Shown: positions 26,515 through 36,219, counted from the first letter of the stretch. The stretch: 36,224 bases of DNA from an uncultured bacterium (GCA_963720265.1 CAVRET010000002.1:1072069-1108292), one strand, 5' to 3'. Numbers and translations are program-made. The notes: generated by a model from the letters alone, not told the origin.

Positions 26515-26924
26515 CTACGGCGCCAGGTGTGCCAATCTCGGCCGAAAACTCAACTTACCAACGAGCGCCTGTGGATTATAAAGCTGCGATTGCCGGTCAC
26601 ACGGGTTAGGTCAACCATGCGTTTTGCAAACACGATCCGCTCCACCCGTGCGCACGACAGCGCGGCTAGGCACATCAAGCACAGCTCACAGCTGCAATAC
26701 GCTACCGCACCGGGCAGCGTACGTCCGCCGGTGGCATCATTGGCCGACATAATTACTTTGATCTCAGTGTGGTTTACAGCGCATTTGTCCGTCCACTGCG
26801 AATTTACCGCCTCAGCCAACACGCCCTAGCTGCGCACAATCACCGCAGCACAACCCACCGGTTGTTTAGACGTCTCTGCCAGGTGCACTGTGCATGCGAG
26901 GAATACCCGGTCCAGTTCAGACAT
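26515..26924 (-). pseudogene. Nucleoside/TadA-like deaminase pseudogene
   Basis: MSELDRVFL...VIVRS*GVLAEAVN has an in-frame TAG at 26826-26828. The motifs are degenerate (HTE, ELCLMC) and a second frameshift near the 3' end is probable. Confidence 0.8.
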
Positions 26925-26959
26925 ATCCACCCCAGTTACGTTACTGCTATTATAAGGCC

Positions 26960-27388
26960 ATGACAGGCCAACTCCGCCTCGCCGGCTGCATCATTCCGAA
27001 TGCCGAGGGCAAAATTCTGCTCATCCACCGCAATACACCCAAACGCACCCAATGGGAGATCCCGGGCGGCAAAATTGATCCAGGTGAATCCGAACAGGAA
27101 ACCGTGGTGCGCGAAATCCACGAAGAGGTCGCGGTCGACATTGAACTTATAAAACGCCTTGGCGCTCGCGAATTTCACGAAGACGCCTTTACCATGCATT
27201 ACACCTGGTATCTTGGCCGTATTACGCACGGCCAGCCCATGATCGGCGAACCCGCTCAATACAACGATTTGCGCTACTTTAGCCGGTCTGAACTCGAAAA
27301 AATCCGGTCGGAACTGTCTGGTAACACCAAAAACTTCCTCGATGCCTGGCTGACCGGCGAATTCAAGGTAGAGATATCTCGCCCCTAA
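26960..27388 (+). CDS. NUDIX hydrolase
   Basis: Nudix box GGKIDPGESEQETVVREIHEE. Confidence 0.92.
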   Translation: MTGQLRLAGCIIPNAEGKILLIHRNTPKRTQWEIPGGKIDPGESEQETVVREIHEEVAVDIELIKRLGAREFHEDAFTMHYTWYLGRITHGQPMIGEPAQYNDLRYFSRSELEKIRSELSGNTKNFLDAWLTGEFKVEISRP

Positions 27389-27431
27389 GACTGAACTTGC
27401 AGTTTCGGTTTTAGTTCGGTATTCTTGATTT

Positions 27432-27922
27432 ATGTTGGCAAGATCGAGAAGCTGGACAAATGAACAACTGGTGCTTGCCGTAAGAAACTCGCATAGCTAT
27501 AGATCGGTGATAATTGAGCTTGTCTTACGCCGGCGGGTGGCAACTACCGACAGGTAAAACAATGGGTCCGGCGACTCAATTTAGATGTTAAGCATTTTAC
27601 TGGCAAAGGATGGAACGTGGGCCCCAATTATGTCTCTCCGCGTCCGGCTCGTGCAATAGATTCAATTCTCATCGGAGATTCGGAAGTCCAAAGTAGTAAA
27701 CTAAAGCAGCGGCTTTTTCGAGCTGGCATGCTCCGACCCGCGTGTCAATTGTGTGGCTGGGCGGAGCGTTCTCCCGACGGGCGAATTCCTGTAGAATTAG
27801 ATCATATCAACGGCAACAGAAAGGATAATCGGCTCACTAACCTACGAATCTTATGCCCAAATTGTCACAGCCTGCAACTAACGCACAGAGGCTTGAACAA
27901 AGGAAAGTATACGAAGAGTTGA
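27432..27922 (+). pseudogene. HNH endonuclease, frameshifted near 27522
   Basis: The N-terminus RSRSWTNEQLVLAVRNSHSYRSVIIEL continues in another frame as LTPAGGNY...HFTGKGWN...CQLCG...LDHINGNRKDNRLTNLRILCPNCH. Confidence 0.85.
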
Positions 27923-27931
27923 TAAACACAC

Positions 27932-28017
27932 GCCCGGGTGGTGAAATGGTATACACTCCTGACTTAAGATCAGGCGCCTTCCAAGGCTTGCGGGTTCGAG
28001 TCCCGCCCCGGGTACCA
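27932..28017 (+). tRNA. tRNA-Leu(TAA)
   Basis: 86 nt with CCTGA-CTTAAGA-TCAGG anticodon arm, long variable arm, TTCGAGT T-loop and ACCA end. Confidence 0.95.
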
Positions 28018-28378
28018 GAGTCCTCATTGTAATTGAAATAGTATTTCGCTGCTACTATCACTATTTGTATAAAAGGACAAGTTGAGGCAAATCACACCAC
28101 ACTGGCATCGAAAAGGCCGAGTGCATGACTCCCCCGTGTATCGGCCGTTGCGATTAAGCTAGGTTGGATTACGTACCAATTTCGGAACACATAGCCTACC
28201 AATTAGCTACATTTATAAACTAGCCCCCAAGGTTGCTAGTTCTTGATCACTCACTCTCAGCCCAACTCTTCCAAAAATCATTGCAAAATGTTATAATATA
28301 CGTTTTAATACAGGGGCCGTCACGTGGCAACGCCTTAAGCTGGCAATTTGACAACTACCTAAGTCAAGGGAGTATACA

Positions 28379-29419
28379 GTGGACGAACCAAGCCACTGGC
28401 CGGACCTCAAACCCAACTATAAGGGCCGGCCTGACCAGCACTACCTCCTGTGCATTTGCGGCCGCCTCGGCGTGTTGCGGTCAGATTCGGATGATGAGCT
28501 ATTGGACGCCTTTACGCTTCACCTCGCGAAAGAGGGCGCCTCACTTAGTCAACTGGAGCTGACTGCCGTCCGGGCATTGTTGTCGCCCTCGGCCATCCGC
28601 AGGCGCCCCGACCTGAGAGTTGTAAAGTCCGCGGGTGGTAAGCGCGACTTTGCCACCGGCCACCTGTCGGAGATGGCTTTGCTCCTAATCTGGGACGTAA
28701 TTTGGCCCAAGTGTGCCGAAGGAACCGGGCTAAATGCTCACCAGTTGGCTCGGTCTCAGACCAAGCAGCCGAGGATCCTGGCACGTCGGTATGTGGCGCT
28801 CGTATTCTGCGAACATATACAACCAACGAGCCGGCAGGCGATGGCCGCCGAAATCGGCTGCGATCCCGCAAGCCTGGTTCGGGCTGGGTCCGAGTTGCCG
28901 CCATACCTGCACCGGTTCCCAGAACTGGTCGAGTTGGTCAGTGAACTCACGCAGCTGACCAAGATTCAACTCCCCGCCACAATCACTACGCCGGTCGCGG
29001 GATTTACTCGCCCCGTGCACGGCCGTGCCGTCGTTGTACCTATAGATAGCGACCGAGCTTTTAGGGTACAGGCAATACGGGACGCATACCAGGCAGCTAC
29101 AAAACTGCAGGCGGCGGAATCAAAATCGGCGCCGGCCGAGCAGGCACAGGCGCTCGAACGTACCCTCTACGCTCTGGCTTCCATACTGCCGGGCGAAGTG
29201 GTCGAAGACGCAATCAAGCACACTGTTGCGCCTTCGCGCGGCGTACACGCAAACAGCATACACCGCGATATCCGCCTCGTAGCTCGCCTGTTGCGAACGT
29301 ATCCGGTGCTGGCTGAACGCACCAATATGGCGCTGGCTATCGTGCGCGACCAAAGAATCGAGGTCACACTGCCGGACAAATGGCAGCAAGCCATTACGCA
29401 TGCACTCAGAGCACAATGA
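28379..29419 (+). CDS. Hypothetical protein with a DnaA domain-IV-like HTH
   Basis: GLNAHQLARSQTKQPRILARRYVALVFCEH...SRQAMAAEIGCDPASLVRA resembles the DnaA C-terminal pattern; GGGAG before GTG. Confidence 0.6.
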   Translation: MDEPSHWPDLKPNYKGRPDQHYLLCICGRLGVLRSDSDDELLDAFTLHLAKEGASLSQLELTAVRALLSPSAIRRRPDLRVVKSAGGKRDFATGHLSEMALLLIWDVIWPKCAEGTGLNAHQLARSQTKQPRILARRYVALVFCEHIQPTSRQAMAAEIGCDPASLVRAGSELPPYLHRFPELVELVSELTQLTKIQLPATITTPVAGFTRPVHGRAVVVPIDSDRAFRVQAIRDAYQAATKLQAAESKSAPAEQAQALERTLYALASILPGEVVEDAIKHTVAPSRGVHANSIHRDIRLVARLLRTYPVLAERTNMALAIVRDQRIEVTLPDKWQQAITHALRAQ

Positions 29420-29458
29420 GTCACCCCTGGAACCGACGCGGGATCCGGGGGTGACTCA
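29417..29458. terminator. Strong hairpin
   Basis: TGAGTCACCCCTGGA...TCCGGGGGTGACTCA. Confidence 0.65.
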
Positions 29459-29530
29459 ATCAAGCAATTATGACGTTAGCACGCACGTGAAAATGCTATC
29501 ATAACCACAAGCAAAAAAGGTTTGCACACT

Positions 29531-30103
29531 ATGCCGCGTACATCCAAACGACGTAAGTTCTATTTCATCCCCATCGTGCTGTGTCTGCTCGGACTAGGCG
29601 CAATCGGTTGGTCGCGCATGATGGTACGCCAGGGGGACCACACAACGGTAACCGCAAATTCCGGCAACATGTCGTACGTACTTACCTACAGCCCGGCCCA
29701 CCCGGAAGTTGGTCAGGAGGTTCATTTCACGCTCAAGATGACACCCGCATCAGACTTCGATCTGAACTGGCAGGCCCAGCAATACCTGGCCGAGGCGGCC
29801 TATGTAGGGCCAAATCATATCGCCGGCGCGCTGCCGGTTGACTTCGGGTTCGTCTCGGCGAGTGGCCAGGCGCAAACCAACTATGCCTTTCAGTCTACGG
29901 CCGGCAACCTCGACCTCGAAGTAACCCTGCCGTCCGCCGGCGGAAGCGTGGCGGACTCTGTCACCCTGCCGTTCCAGGTCTATGAGCGGCCGCTCGCGCC
30001 CACGAACGTTGCGTTACTCGGATGGGCTGCGGTTATCGGTGGCCTCGCCTGGCTACTATTTATGATCCAATCGGCGTTTCGTACGTCGCACCAGCGCCCA
30101 TAG
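29531..30103 (+). CDS. Membrane protein with an Ig-like extracellular domain
   Basis: N- and C-terminal TM segments; SPAHPEVGQEVHFTL. Confidence 0.7.
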   Translation: MPRTSKRRKFYFIPIVLCLLGLGAIGWSRMMVRQGDHTTVTANSGNMSYVLTYSPAHPEVGQEVHFTLKMTPASDFDLNWQAQQYLAEAAYVGPNHIAGALPVDFGFVSASGQAQTNYAFQSTAGNLDLEVTLPSAGGSVADSVTLPFQVYERPLAPTNVALLGWAAVIGGLAWLLFMIQSAFRTSHQRP

Positions 30104-30964
30104 CCCCAGGCCAAGCAGCAGCAGCACGCTTATCGCCACAATAACAAAGGTCAGCCTCGGGACCAGCAGCACCCACCCCGATTCATGCACCGTCCGCCCA
30201 AGATAGGTCACGGCAACGCTGGACTTAAAAATACCGATTGGTTTTGATTCCGGCATTGATACCACAAACCGACGCGTTGTTCCCGGCAACACTTCGCCCC
30301 GCCACTGTACTGGATACCCAATCTTGCCGCCAAACAATCCTGAAAGTTGCGCGCTGCCGGTTACCAGAAAATGAACGTTGCCGGTATTGTTCAACCGCAC
30401 ATAAGCCTGAATCGGCGGCAATGGTTGCAGCCACGGCAGGTCAAACGACAGTAGCTGCCCCTGCTGTTTAAGCGCGCCGCTCACCGTGATGTAAAACAAC
30501 GAGCCAATCCGGTCAACTCGGTTAATAATCGCAGCGCCACTGCTGGCCGGCGGAATCGTTTGAATAAACACGGCCCCGTAGTGCCCGCCTACGGCCGCCT
30601 GCTTCGGTGCCGTCAGCGTGTAAGAGAAGCTAGTCTCTTTCCGGGCCTTAACCACAAAATTACCGCTTGGCAAACCAAACCAACTGGCCACAGACGAATC
30701 CGGCCCGCTCCCAGCGTTTGTAAAAACACCTTCGTAGTCCTCGCCCTTCACCGCGAAATCGGTCGCATAAATACGGTAGGTTAAATCAGTGTCGCCGTCG
30801 TTGATAACGATGAGCTGGCCTTTGGTTGACGCGCCCGGTGCCAGCGTTACCGATTGTTGCGTGGGGGAGATGCCGAACCCCTGCAGGGCTGCCGCATGTC
30901 CAGGCCATAACCCAACAATTGCCGGAATAATCACCAGCAATAACGCAGTCCGCTTCCATCTCAT
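30056..30964 (-). CDS. DUF916/WxL-interacting-like surface protein
   Basis: Signal peptide, ISP...LAPG...NDG, P..AAVGGHYGAV, NTGNVH and a C-terminal TM. Confidence 0.8.
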   Translation of the reverse strand: MRWKRTALLLVIIPAIVGLWPGHAAALQGFGISPTQQSVTLAPGASTKGQLIVINDGDTDLTYRIYATDFAVKGEDYEGVFTNAGSGPDSSVASWFGLPSGNFVVKARKETSFSYTLTAPKQAAVGGHYGAVFIQTIPPASSGAAIINRVDRIGSLFYITVSGALKQQGQLLSFDLPWLQPLPPIQAYVRLNNTGNVHFLVTGSAQLSGLFGGKIGYPVQWRGEVLPGTTRRFVVSMPESKPIGIFKSSVAVTYLGRTVHESGWVLLVPRLTFVIVAISVLLLLGLGLWALVRRTKRRLDHK

Positions 30965-30992
30965 AGTACCTCTAGTGTATCAGGCCCTGGAT

Positions 30993-31607
30993 CTAAGGGT
31001 TGGTTGAGTACGTGTATAGCACCGTGCTCGAATAAGTGCCAACCGGCTGGGTGTTGTTGACGCGGGAGCTATACCATACAGTTGACGAAGTTGAGCCGTT
31101 GGTCGCGGTCGTATTAATCGTATACGGTGAGCCATTGGCCGGAATGCCCGCGTACGTTACGGCGCTCGGTGCAGCGTTGCTAATGGGCGCGCCCGTGCCG
31201 GTGAAGCTGGCCAAGCCATCCATGTGCCAGCCCCAAGTGCCGTTCGTGAGGGTGATCGGCGAGGCCGGCGTGCCCGTGCTCGCGGTAATGTTATTTGAGC
31301 CAGACGTCATCGAGGTCGTCGTAAGGCTATTTTCCTGCATCGTAATCGTGAGGCCGTCGGTATCGTTGGTGTTGGCGCTCACCGTGTCGCTGGCGGCCGA
31401 TTGCAGACCGGACGAGTTAGGCGTAATGGCGCCGAGCGTCACCGTCGGCCCACTCGAGTACGAGATAAGGACGGGGTTAACCGTCAGATTAACCTGAGTC
31501 GTGCTTGTTTCGGTATCGGCATTGGCTACAAACGGTAACGACACCGCCGCCAGATTGAGGCCAACCAGTGCCGCCCCAAACCAATATTTCTTGCTAAGCT
31601 TAAGCAT
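30993..31607 (-). CDS. Secreted WxL/pilin-like beta-sandwich protein
   Basis: Signal peptide, V.ANTNDTDGLTIT and C-terminal QPVGTYSSTVLYT. Confidence 0.75.
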   Translation of the reverse strand: MLKLSKKYWFGAALVGLNLAAVSLPFVANADTETSTTQVNLTVNPVLISYSSGPTVTLGAITPNSSGLQSAASDTVSANTNDTDGLTITMQENSLTTTSMTSGSNNITASTGTPASPITLTNGTWGWHMDGLASFTGTGAPISNAAPSAVTYAGIPANGSPYTINTTATNGSTSSTVWYSSRVNNTQPVGTYSSTVLYTYSTNP

Positions 31608-31760
31608 TACACATATGGTAGAACGACCGAGCACTCGCGTCAAATTGTAAAGCAATATTGAAGAATAGCTGAATAATATAGCAAAAGAGAATGGCCCGGA
31701 AGCGGGCGGCGGACGGGAGCGAACTCCCGGGCCATCCTCTCCCAGGCCGAGCGACCGCGG

Positions 31761-32417
31761 TTACGTGTCGACAGGGCTGGGACGCCGGGTGTGGCGCCAA
31801 ACCAGGACGTTGACGAGCGAGAGAAGTGTGACGATGATCAGGTTCCACCAAGCCACGAACCAGGCCGAAATCCAGGCGAAGAAGACGTCTGATCCCCACG
31901 GCTGCGGGGACAGGCCGTAGTACATACTCAGCGGCGTCTGGTGGCTCCCGATCGGTGCAACGAATACTCCGTCGTAGGACGGGTCGTTGTAGCCGTTGTC
32001 GTTGCCAATGTACCACCAGAAGAGCACGTGGCCCCGGTTGTGGATGGCCTTCATGTCCGCCGCCCACACGCCGGTAATCTGCCAGACTTGGCTGTGCTTG
32101 TCGGTCCACGAGTACGTCGCGTAGACATAACCCGGCTCCTGGTCCCGGCCGCTCACGTCGCTCGCGGTCGCAAGGACTGGGCCGGCCCAGTCCTTCGTGT
32201 CCGTGGCCAGGGCACTGCGGTAGGAGCTCCGGGCCGCGAGCGTGGCCTTGATGTCGCCAGTGTGGACGGCGCCGATGCCGGGCAGCGCCATGATGGCGAT
32301 GCTCGCGGCAGCCGTCAGGAGCCGAGTCGCCACCCGGAAGCTGAGTATGAGTCGGACTAGCAAGCCGAGCTTCCACAGCCCCAAGAGGGCAAGACGCCCT
32401 ATGGCGTAGCGTCGCAT
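31761..32417 (-). CDS. Hypothetical membrane protein
   Basis: GGAGG before ATG 32417; N- and C-terminal hydrophobic segments. Confidence 0.6.
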   Translation of the reverse strand: MRRYAIGRLALLGLWKLGLLVRLILSFRVATRLLTAAASIAIMALPGIGAVHTGDIKATLAARSSYRSALATDTKDWAGPVLATASDVSGRDQEPGYVYATYSWTDKHSQVWQITGVWAADMKAIHNRGHVLFWWYIGNDNGYNDPSYDGVFVAPIGSHQTPLSMYYGLSPQPWGSDVFFAWISAWFVAWWNLIIVTLLSLVNVLVWRHTRRPSPVDT

Positions 32418-32588
32418 GCAGACCTCCATCTCGTCGGTTGTCAGAATAGAATGGAAAGCAATCTACCGATAGGTCTTTATAATAATAGCATTGGGTTGTC
32501 AATTTGTCAATATTACGGACCGAGGCCGCACACGCGTCTCACGCTCATGTGCTATACTGTTACCCAAGCAACAAAAGGACTTTTAAGC

Positions 32589-33149
32589 ATGTCTGCCGGC
32601 GTAATCATATTAATCGTCATTGTCGTAGTGCTCATTATTGGGCTCATTGTCATATATAACGGCCTGGTGCGCGGACGCGTGCGCATCGATGAAGCCTGGA
32701 GTGACATTAACGTTCAGCTCAAGCGACGCTACGACCTCATTCCGAATTTGGTCGAAACCGTAAAAGGCTATGCCGCCCACGAAAAGCAGGTGTTTGAAGA
32801 TGTGTCGGCAGCCCGCTCGGCGGCCATGGGCGCCACCGGCATCGCCGGCAAGGCTCAGGCCGAAAACCAACTCGAAGGTGCGCTAAAAAGCCTGTTTGCC
32901 GTCGCCGAGGCCTACCCCGACCTGAAGGCCAACCAAGGCTTCCAGCAGCTCCAATCTGAACTCGTCGACACCGAAGACAAAATCCAGGCCTCAAGACGCT
33001 TTTACAACGGCGCGGTTCGCGACTACAATATTAAGCTCCAAGTCTTCCCGACCAATATCCTGGCAAGTTCGCTCGGCTTTACGCATCGTGACTTCTTTGA
33101 GGTCGAAAACCAGGCCGCAGTCGAGCAGCCTGTTGCAGTCAAATTTTAA
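32589..33149 (+). CDS. lemA: LemA family protein
   Basis: AWSDINVQLKRRYDLIPNLVETVKGY, EAYPDLKAN and SRRFYN. Confidence 0.95.
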   Translation: MSAGVIILIVIVVVLIIGLIVIYNGLVRGRVRIDEAWSDINVQLKRRYDLIPNLVETVKGYAAHEKQVFEDVSAARSAAMGATGIAGKAQAENQLEGALKSLFAVAEAYPDLKANQGFQQLQSELVDTEDKIQASRRFYNGAVRDYNIKLQVFPTNILASSLGFTHRDFFEVENQAAVEQPVAVKF

Positions 33150-33163
33150 CCGGGGAACCAACC

Positions 33164-33703
33164 ATGCCGCTTACTGATTTCCGCGCCGCCGCCAGCTGGA
33201 AAGCCGCTATTAACATAGGTCCCGGCCTGGTTCGCCTGGCCGAGGAATTACCTGCCTCAGAGCAGCTGGGTCTCGCCTGGCAATTGCAGCAAGTCATGGT
33301 CGACTTGCCGGCCACTGTTGCCTTTGATCTTCAGGACAACGATCGCGACACCCGTGTACCTGTGGTATTGCGTCTCATAGCTGCCCTGGATCTCATCGAA
33401 CGCGTGTATCCGGCTCTCGATACCACAGCGGTGCGCCAAGAGGCCGATGAGCTCGTAACAAGCCTTACCTCCGATGGGTTCCGCGGCACCGCAACCCCCC
33501 GGGCCGCCCAGCCGGCCGCGCGCGAGGCCGCTACCATGCAGACCGATGCCCAGCCGGCCCCGGCCGCCGAGCCTCACCGCGTCTCAATTCCGGTTGTCGC
33601 CGAGCACGCAGCTCCGGCTCCCAGCGTTATTATTGCCCCACCTCCGGCGGCCCAAGCCCAGCCGGATCAGGATGACCATGTACACACAGATAGCGTCCAA
33701 TAA
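33164..33703 (+). CDS. Four-helix-bundle (23S rRNA IVP-like) protein with a Pro/Ala tail
   Basis: W..AI...LAEELPASEQLGLAWQLQQ..VDLPATVA. Confidence 0.65.
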   Translation: MPLTDFRAAASWKAAINIGPGLVRLAEELPASEQLGLAWQLQQVMVDLPATVAFDLQDNDRDTRVPVVLRLIAALDLIERVYPALDTTAVRQEADELVTSLTSDGFRGTATPRAAQPAAREAATMQTDAQPAPAAEPHRVSIPVVAEHAAPAPSVIIAPPPAAQAQPDQDDHVHTDSVQ

Positions 33704-34553
33704 GCGCAATAGCCTCCTGCTCATATTCGGTTTCGTGCTGGTCATCGCAGCCCTTGATTACGTTATTGCACGGGCGTTTAACCAGCCATCATTCTTTTTT
33801 CCGATCCTGATAGTGGCCGTTGTTTATGCGCTTATCAACTATTTCTTTTCCGCCCATATCGCCCTCGCCATGAACCGCGCCCAGCCCATTGAACGCAGCG
33901 ACAACCCTGAGCTCTATAACCTGGTGGAAAATCTCTCGATTGCCGCCGGTCTGCCGATGCCCAAGGTCTACATCGTAAACGATCCCTCACCCAATGCCTT
34001 TGCTACCGGCCGCGATCCGAATCACGCGGTGGTTTGCGTGACCACAGGCATCCTGCCCCTGCTGTCGAAAACCGAACTGGAAGGGGTGCTGGCCCACGAG
34101 CTCAGCCACGTCGGCAACTATGACATCAAATTCATGGCCATCGTGGTCGGGTTGGTATCAATCGTCTCAATTATTGCCGACCTCTTCTTGCGCTTCACCT
34201 TCTTTAGCCGTGATGATCGCGAGCAGGGCAATCAAATCTTTCTCATCTTAGGCATCATCGGTGCGATTCTGGCGCCGCTGGTCGCGATGTTAATTCAGCT
34301 GGCGGTTTCACGCCAACGCGAATACCTGGCGGATTCATCCGGCGCACTGCTGACGCGCTATCCCGAGGGCCTGGCGTCTGCCTTGCAGAAGATTTCGTCA
34401 AACCCCACGCCCATGCAAAATGTCAGCAGTGCGACCTCGCCGCTCTACATTACGAGCCCGTTTAAGGGCCACAGCCTGGCTCACTTGTTTGACACCCACC
34501 CGCCGATTGAAGAACGCATTCGCCGGCTGCGCGACATGGAGGCGCACGCCTAG
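33678..34553 (+). CDS. htpX: HtpX-like M48 zinc metalloprotease
   Basis: PNAFATG, HELSH, SRQREYLAD and THPP. Confidence 0.93.
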   Translation: MYTQIASNKRNSLLLIFGFVLVIAALDYVIARAFNQPSFFFPILIVAVVYALINYFFSAHIALAMNRAQPIERSDNPELYNLVENLSIAAGLPMPKVYIVNDPSPNAFATGRDPNHAVVCVTTGILPLLSKTELEGVLAHELSHVGNYDIKFMAIVVGLVSIVSIIADLFLRFTFFSRDDREQGNQIFLILGIIGAILAPLVAMLIQLAVSRQREYLADSSGALLTRYPEGLASALQKISSNPTPMQNVSSATSPLYITSPFKGHSLAHLFDTHPPIEERIRRLRDMEAHA

Positions 34554-35539
34554 TGAAAAAGCTCAAATTCGCTAAGGGCGCTGATAGTAAGCATTCGAGT
34601 CACGCCAAACCGGCCCAGTCCAAAAACCCCAAGTCGGGCCTGCGCCGCTTGAGCTCAGGCTGGCAGCTGTATCTTACCAGCCTAAGAGCATATTTTGCCG
34701 ACTGGCGGCTCTATACCAAGGTTTTGGCAATCGTAGCCATCCCAACTGACTTATTGTCGTTGTCGCAGTCGTTGTCGGCCAACTCTTCCTTCACCGATTA
34801 CACCTCTATGGCAGCCATCGTGATGAACGTGGCGTCGCTATGGACGATCATCAGACGTCGTGAAGGCGGCCTAAGCTCTACGCTGGCTGAAGCCTATTAC
34901 GACGGCAATGTCGCGCTCATCCGGTACCTGCTCGTAAGCGTGCTCATCGTGCTCATGCTGATCCCCCTGGCCCTGGGGCTGGCGCTCTACGGTGCAAGCC
35001 TCTATGTGCCCGGGGCCGCACCGTTATCGCCGGTCGGCTTGCTCATTGCCGCCGCCGCCATTTTGCTCGCACTGCCCACGTTCTATATGCTGATACGGTT
35101 TGGGTTTGCGCCGATTATTGTCGTGCGCGACGGCCTCAGGCCGGTCGCCTCGCTCAGACGAAGTTGGCGCGTCACCCGCGGTCACCTTTGGGGTGTGGCC
35201 GGGCGTTTATTGTTGCTCATTGTGTTTCTCGCCATAACGTCGATCCCAGCTACGATTGTTACAGTTGTCTTTTCGCTGTTTGGGCAGTCCAATCTAGCCA
35301 CGGTCTCATTTGAAATACTAGCCACACTCACTGCCTTACCAATCCTCAACTTATATCAGCTCGAGCTCTACCGCGAACTTGAAGCCATCGCCCCGGCGGC
35401 ACCTACCGAAGCTGCCGCTGAGGCCGATTTTGGCGACAAACCCGAGGCAGCGCAACTAGAACCAATTCCCGAATCCGAAGGTGAATCCGGCGACCGCGAG
35501 CGTGAAAGCCCAGACGCCCCGGCCGGCGCACCGGCCTAA
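34553..35539 (+). CDS. Polytopic membrane protein
   Basis: About 6 TMs with the pattern SLRRSWRVTRGHLW; translationally coupled to htpX. Confidence 0.78.
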   Translation: MKKLKFAKGADSKHSSHAKPAQSKNPKSGLRRLSSGWQLYLTSLRAYFADWRLYTKVLAIVAIPTDLLSLSQSLSANSSFTDYTSMAAIVMNVASLWTIIRRREGGLSSTLAEAYYDGNVALIRYLLVSVLIVLMLIPLALGLALYGASLYVPGAAPLSPVGLLIAAAAILLALPTFYMLIRFGFAPIIVVRDGLRPVASLRRSWRVTRGHLWGVAGRLLLLIVFLAITSIPATIVTVVFSLFGQSNLATVSFEILATLTALPILNLYQLELYRELEAIAPAAPTEAAAEADFGDKPEAAQLEPIPESEGESGDRERESPDAPAGAPA

Positions 35540-35628
35540 ACAAGGGCCATAAACGCAAGTACCCCGCCGACCGCCCTGCAGCCGACGGGGTCGCTTGCGT
35601 GATGGGTGATCGGCAGGGTCATGGAGGG

Positions 35629-36219
35629 TCACGGCCGAGACGTCGGACGAAGTGCCATCTCTACGGCCTCGAGCGTCTGGATGTGGGTCATGGCTAGCGC
35701 CCGCTCCGACTGCGTTTCCGCGCTGTCCCAGATCGTTTCCCACCAGCCCACAAGGTAGGCGATGGCATCGTCGGTGGTAAGGCGTTGTTTGCCATGGTAG
35801 AGCACGACGGCCTGGATGACCAAGATCGTGAGCGCATAGAACTCGCCCAACGTGACCTCCCAGGTTTCGGTCAGACTCTCGCCGGCACCGAGCGCATCAA
35901 GGCGGCTGGCGAACCCTTGTATTGCCACCATGAACTCGTGAAGTGTTGCATTGTGCTCTCCAAGGAGAATACACAACTGGTTCTCGAGATCCGGCCACAC
36001 GATGGGCTGGTTAACATGGGGACCGCGAATCAAAAGACCGCAGGCCATGTCAACGGGTTCGCTCACGTCATCGCCGTGCAGCAGGAGCCCGGCATACTCA
36101 CACGCCTCGTCCGGCAGGGAGGACCACGTCGCTGCGCAGCCGGTCGACAGCCGCACGTCAATGGTGAACCAGCGCCCCTCGCCGTCGCCCGGCCGGTTGG
36201 TACCGCTCACTTCGATCAT
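35629..36219 (-). CDS. Hypothetical protein (start may lie outside the window)
   Basis: 196-aa ORF with no recognised motif. Confidence 0.5.
   Translation of the reverse strand: MIEVSGTNRPGDGEGRWFTIDVRLSTGCAATWSSLPDEACEYAGLLLHGDDVSEPVDMACGLLIRGPHVNQPIVWPDLENQLCILLGEHNATLHEFMVAIQGFASRLDALGAGESLTETWEVTLGEFYALTILVIQAVVLYHGKQRLTTDDAIAYLVGWWETIWDSAETQSERALAMTHIQTLEAVEMALRPTSRP

Noticed and set aside
26826-26828. Stop-codon recoding (TAG readthrough or an alternative genetic code)
   Set aside because: Other genes end normally at TAG and TGA, and this gene has additional lesions.
31600-32502. 300-aa minus-strand ORF
   Set aside because: It is an Arg/Pro-rich alternative frame of the GC-rich gene at 31761-32417, which has the RBS and TM pattern.
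33474-33677. Long N-terminal extension of HtpX
   Set aside because: It overlaps the upstream gene; HtpX-like sequence begins at MYTQIASNK (33678).
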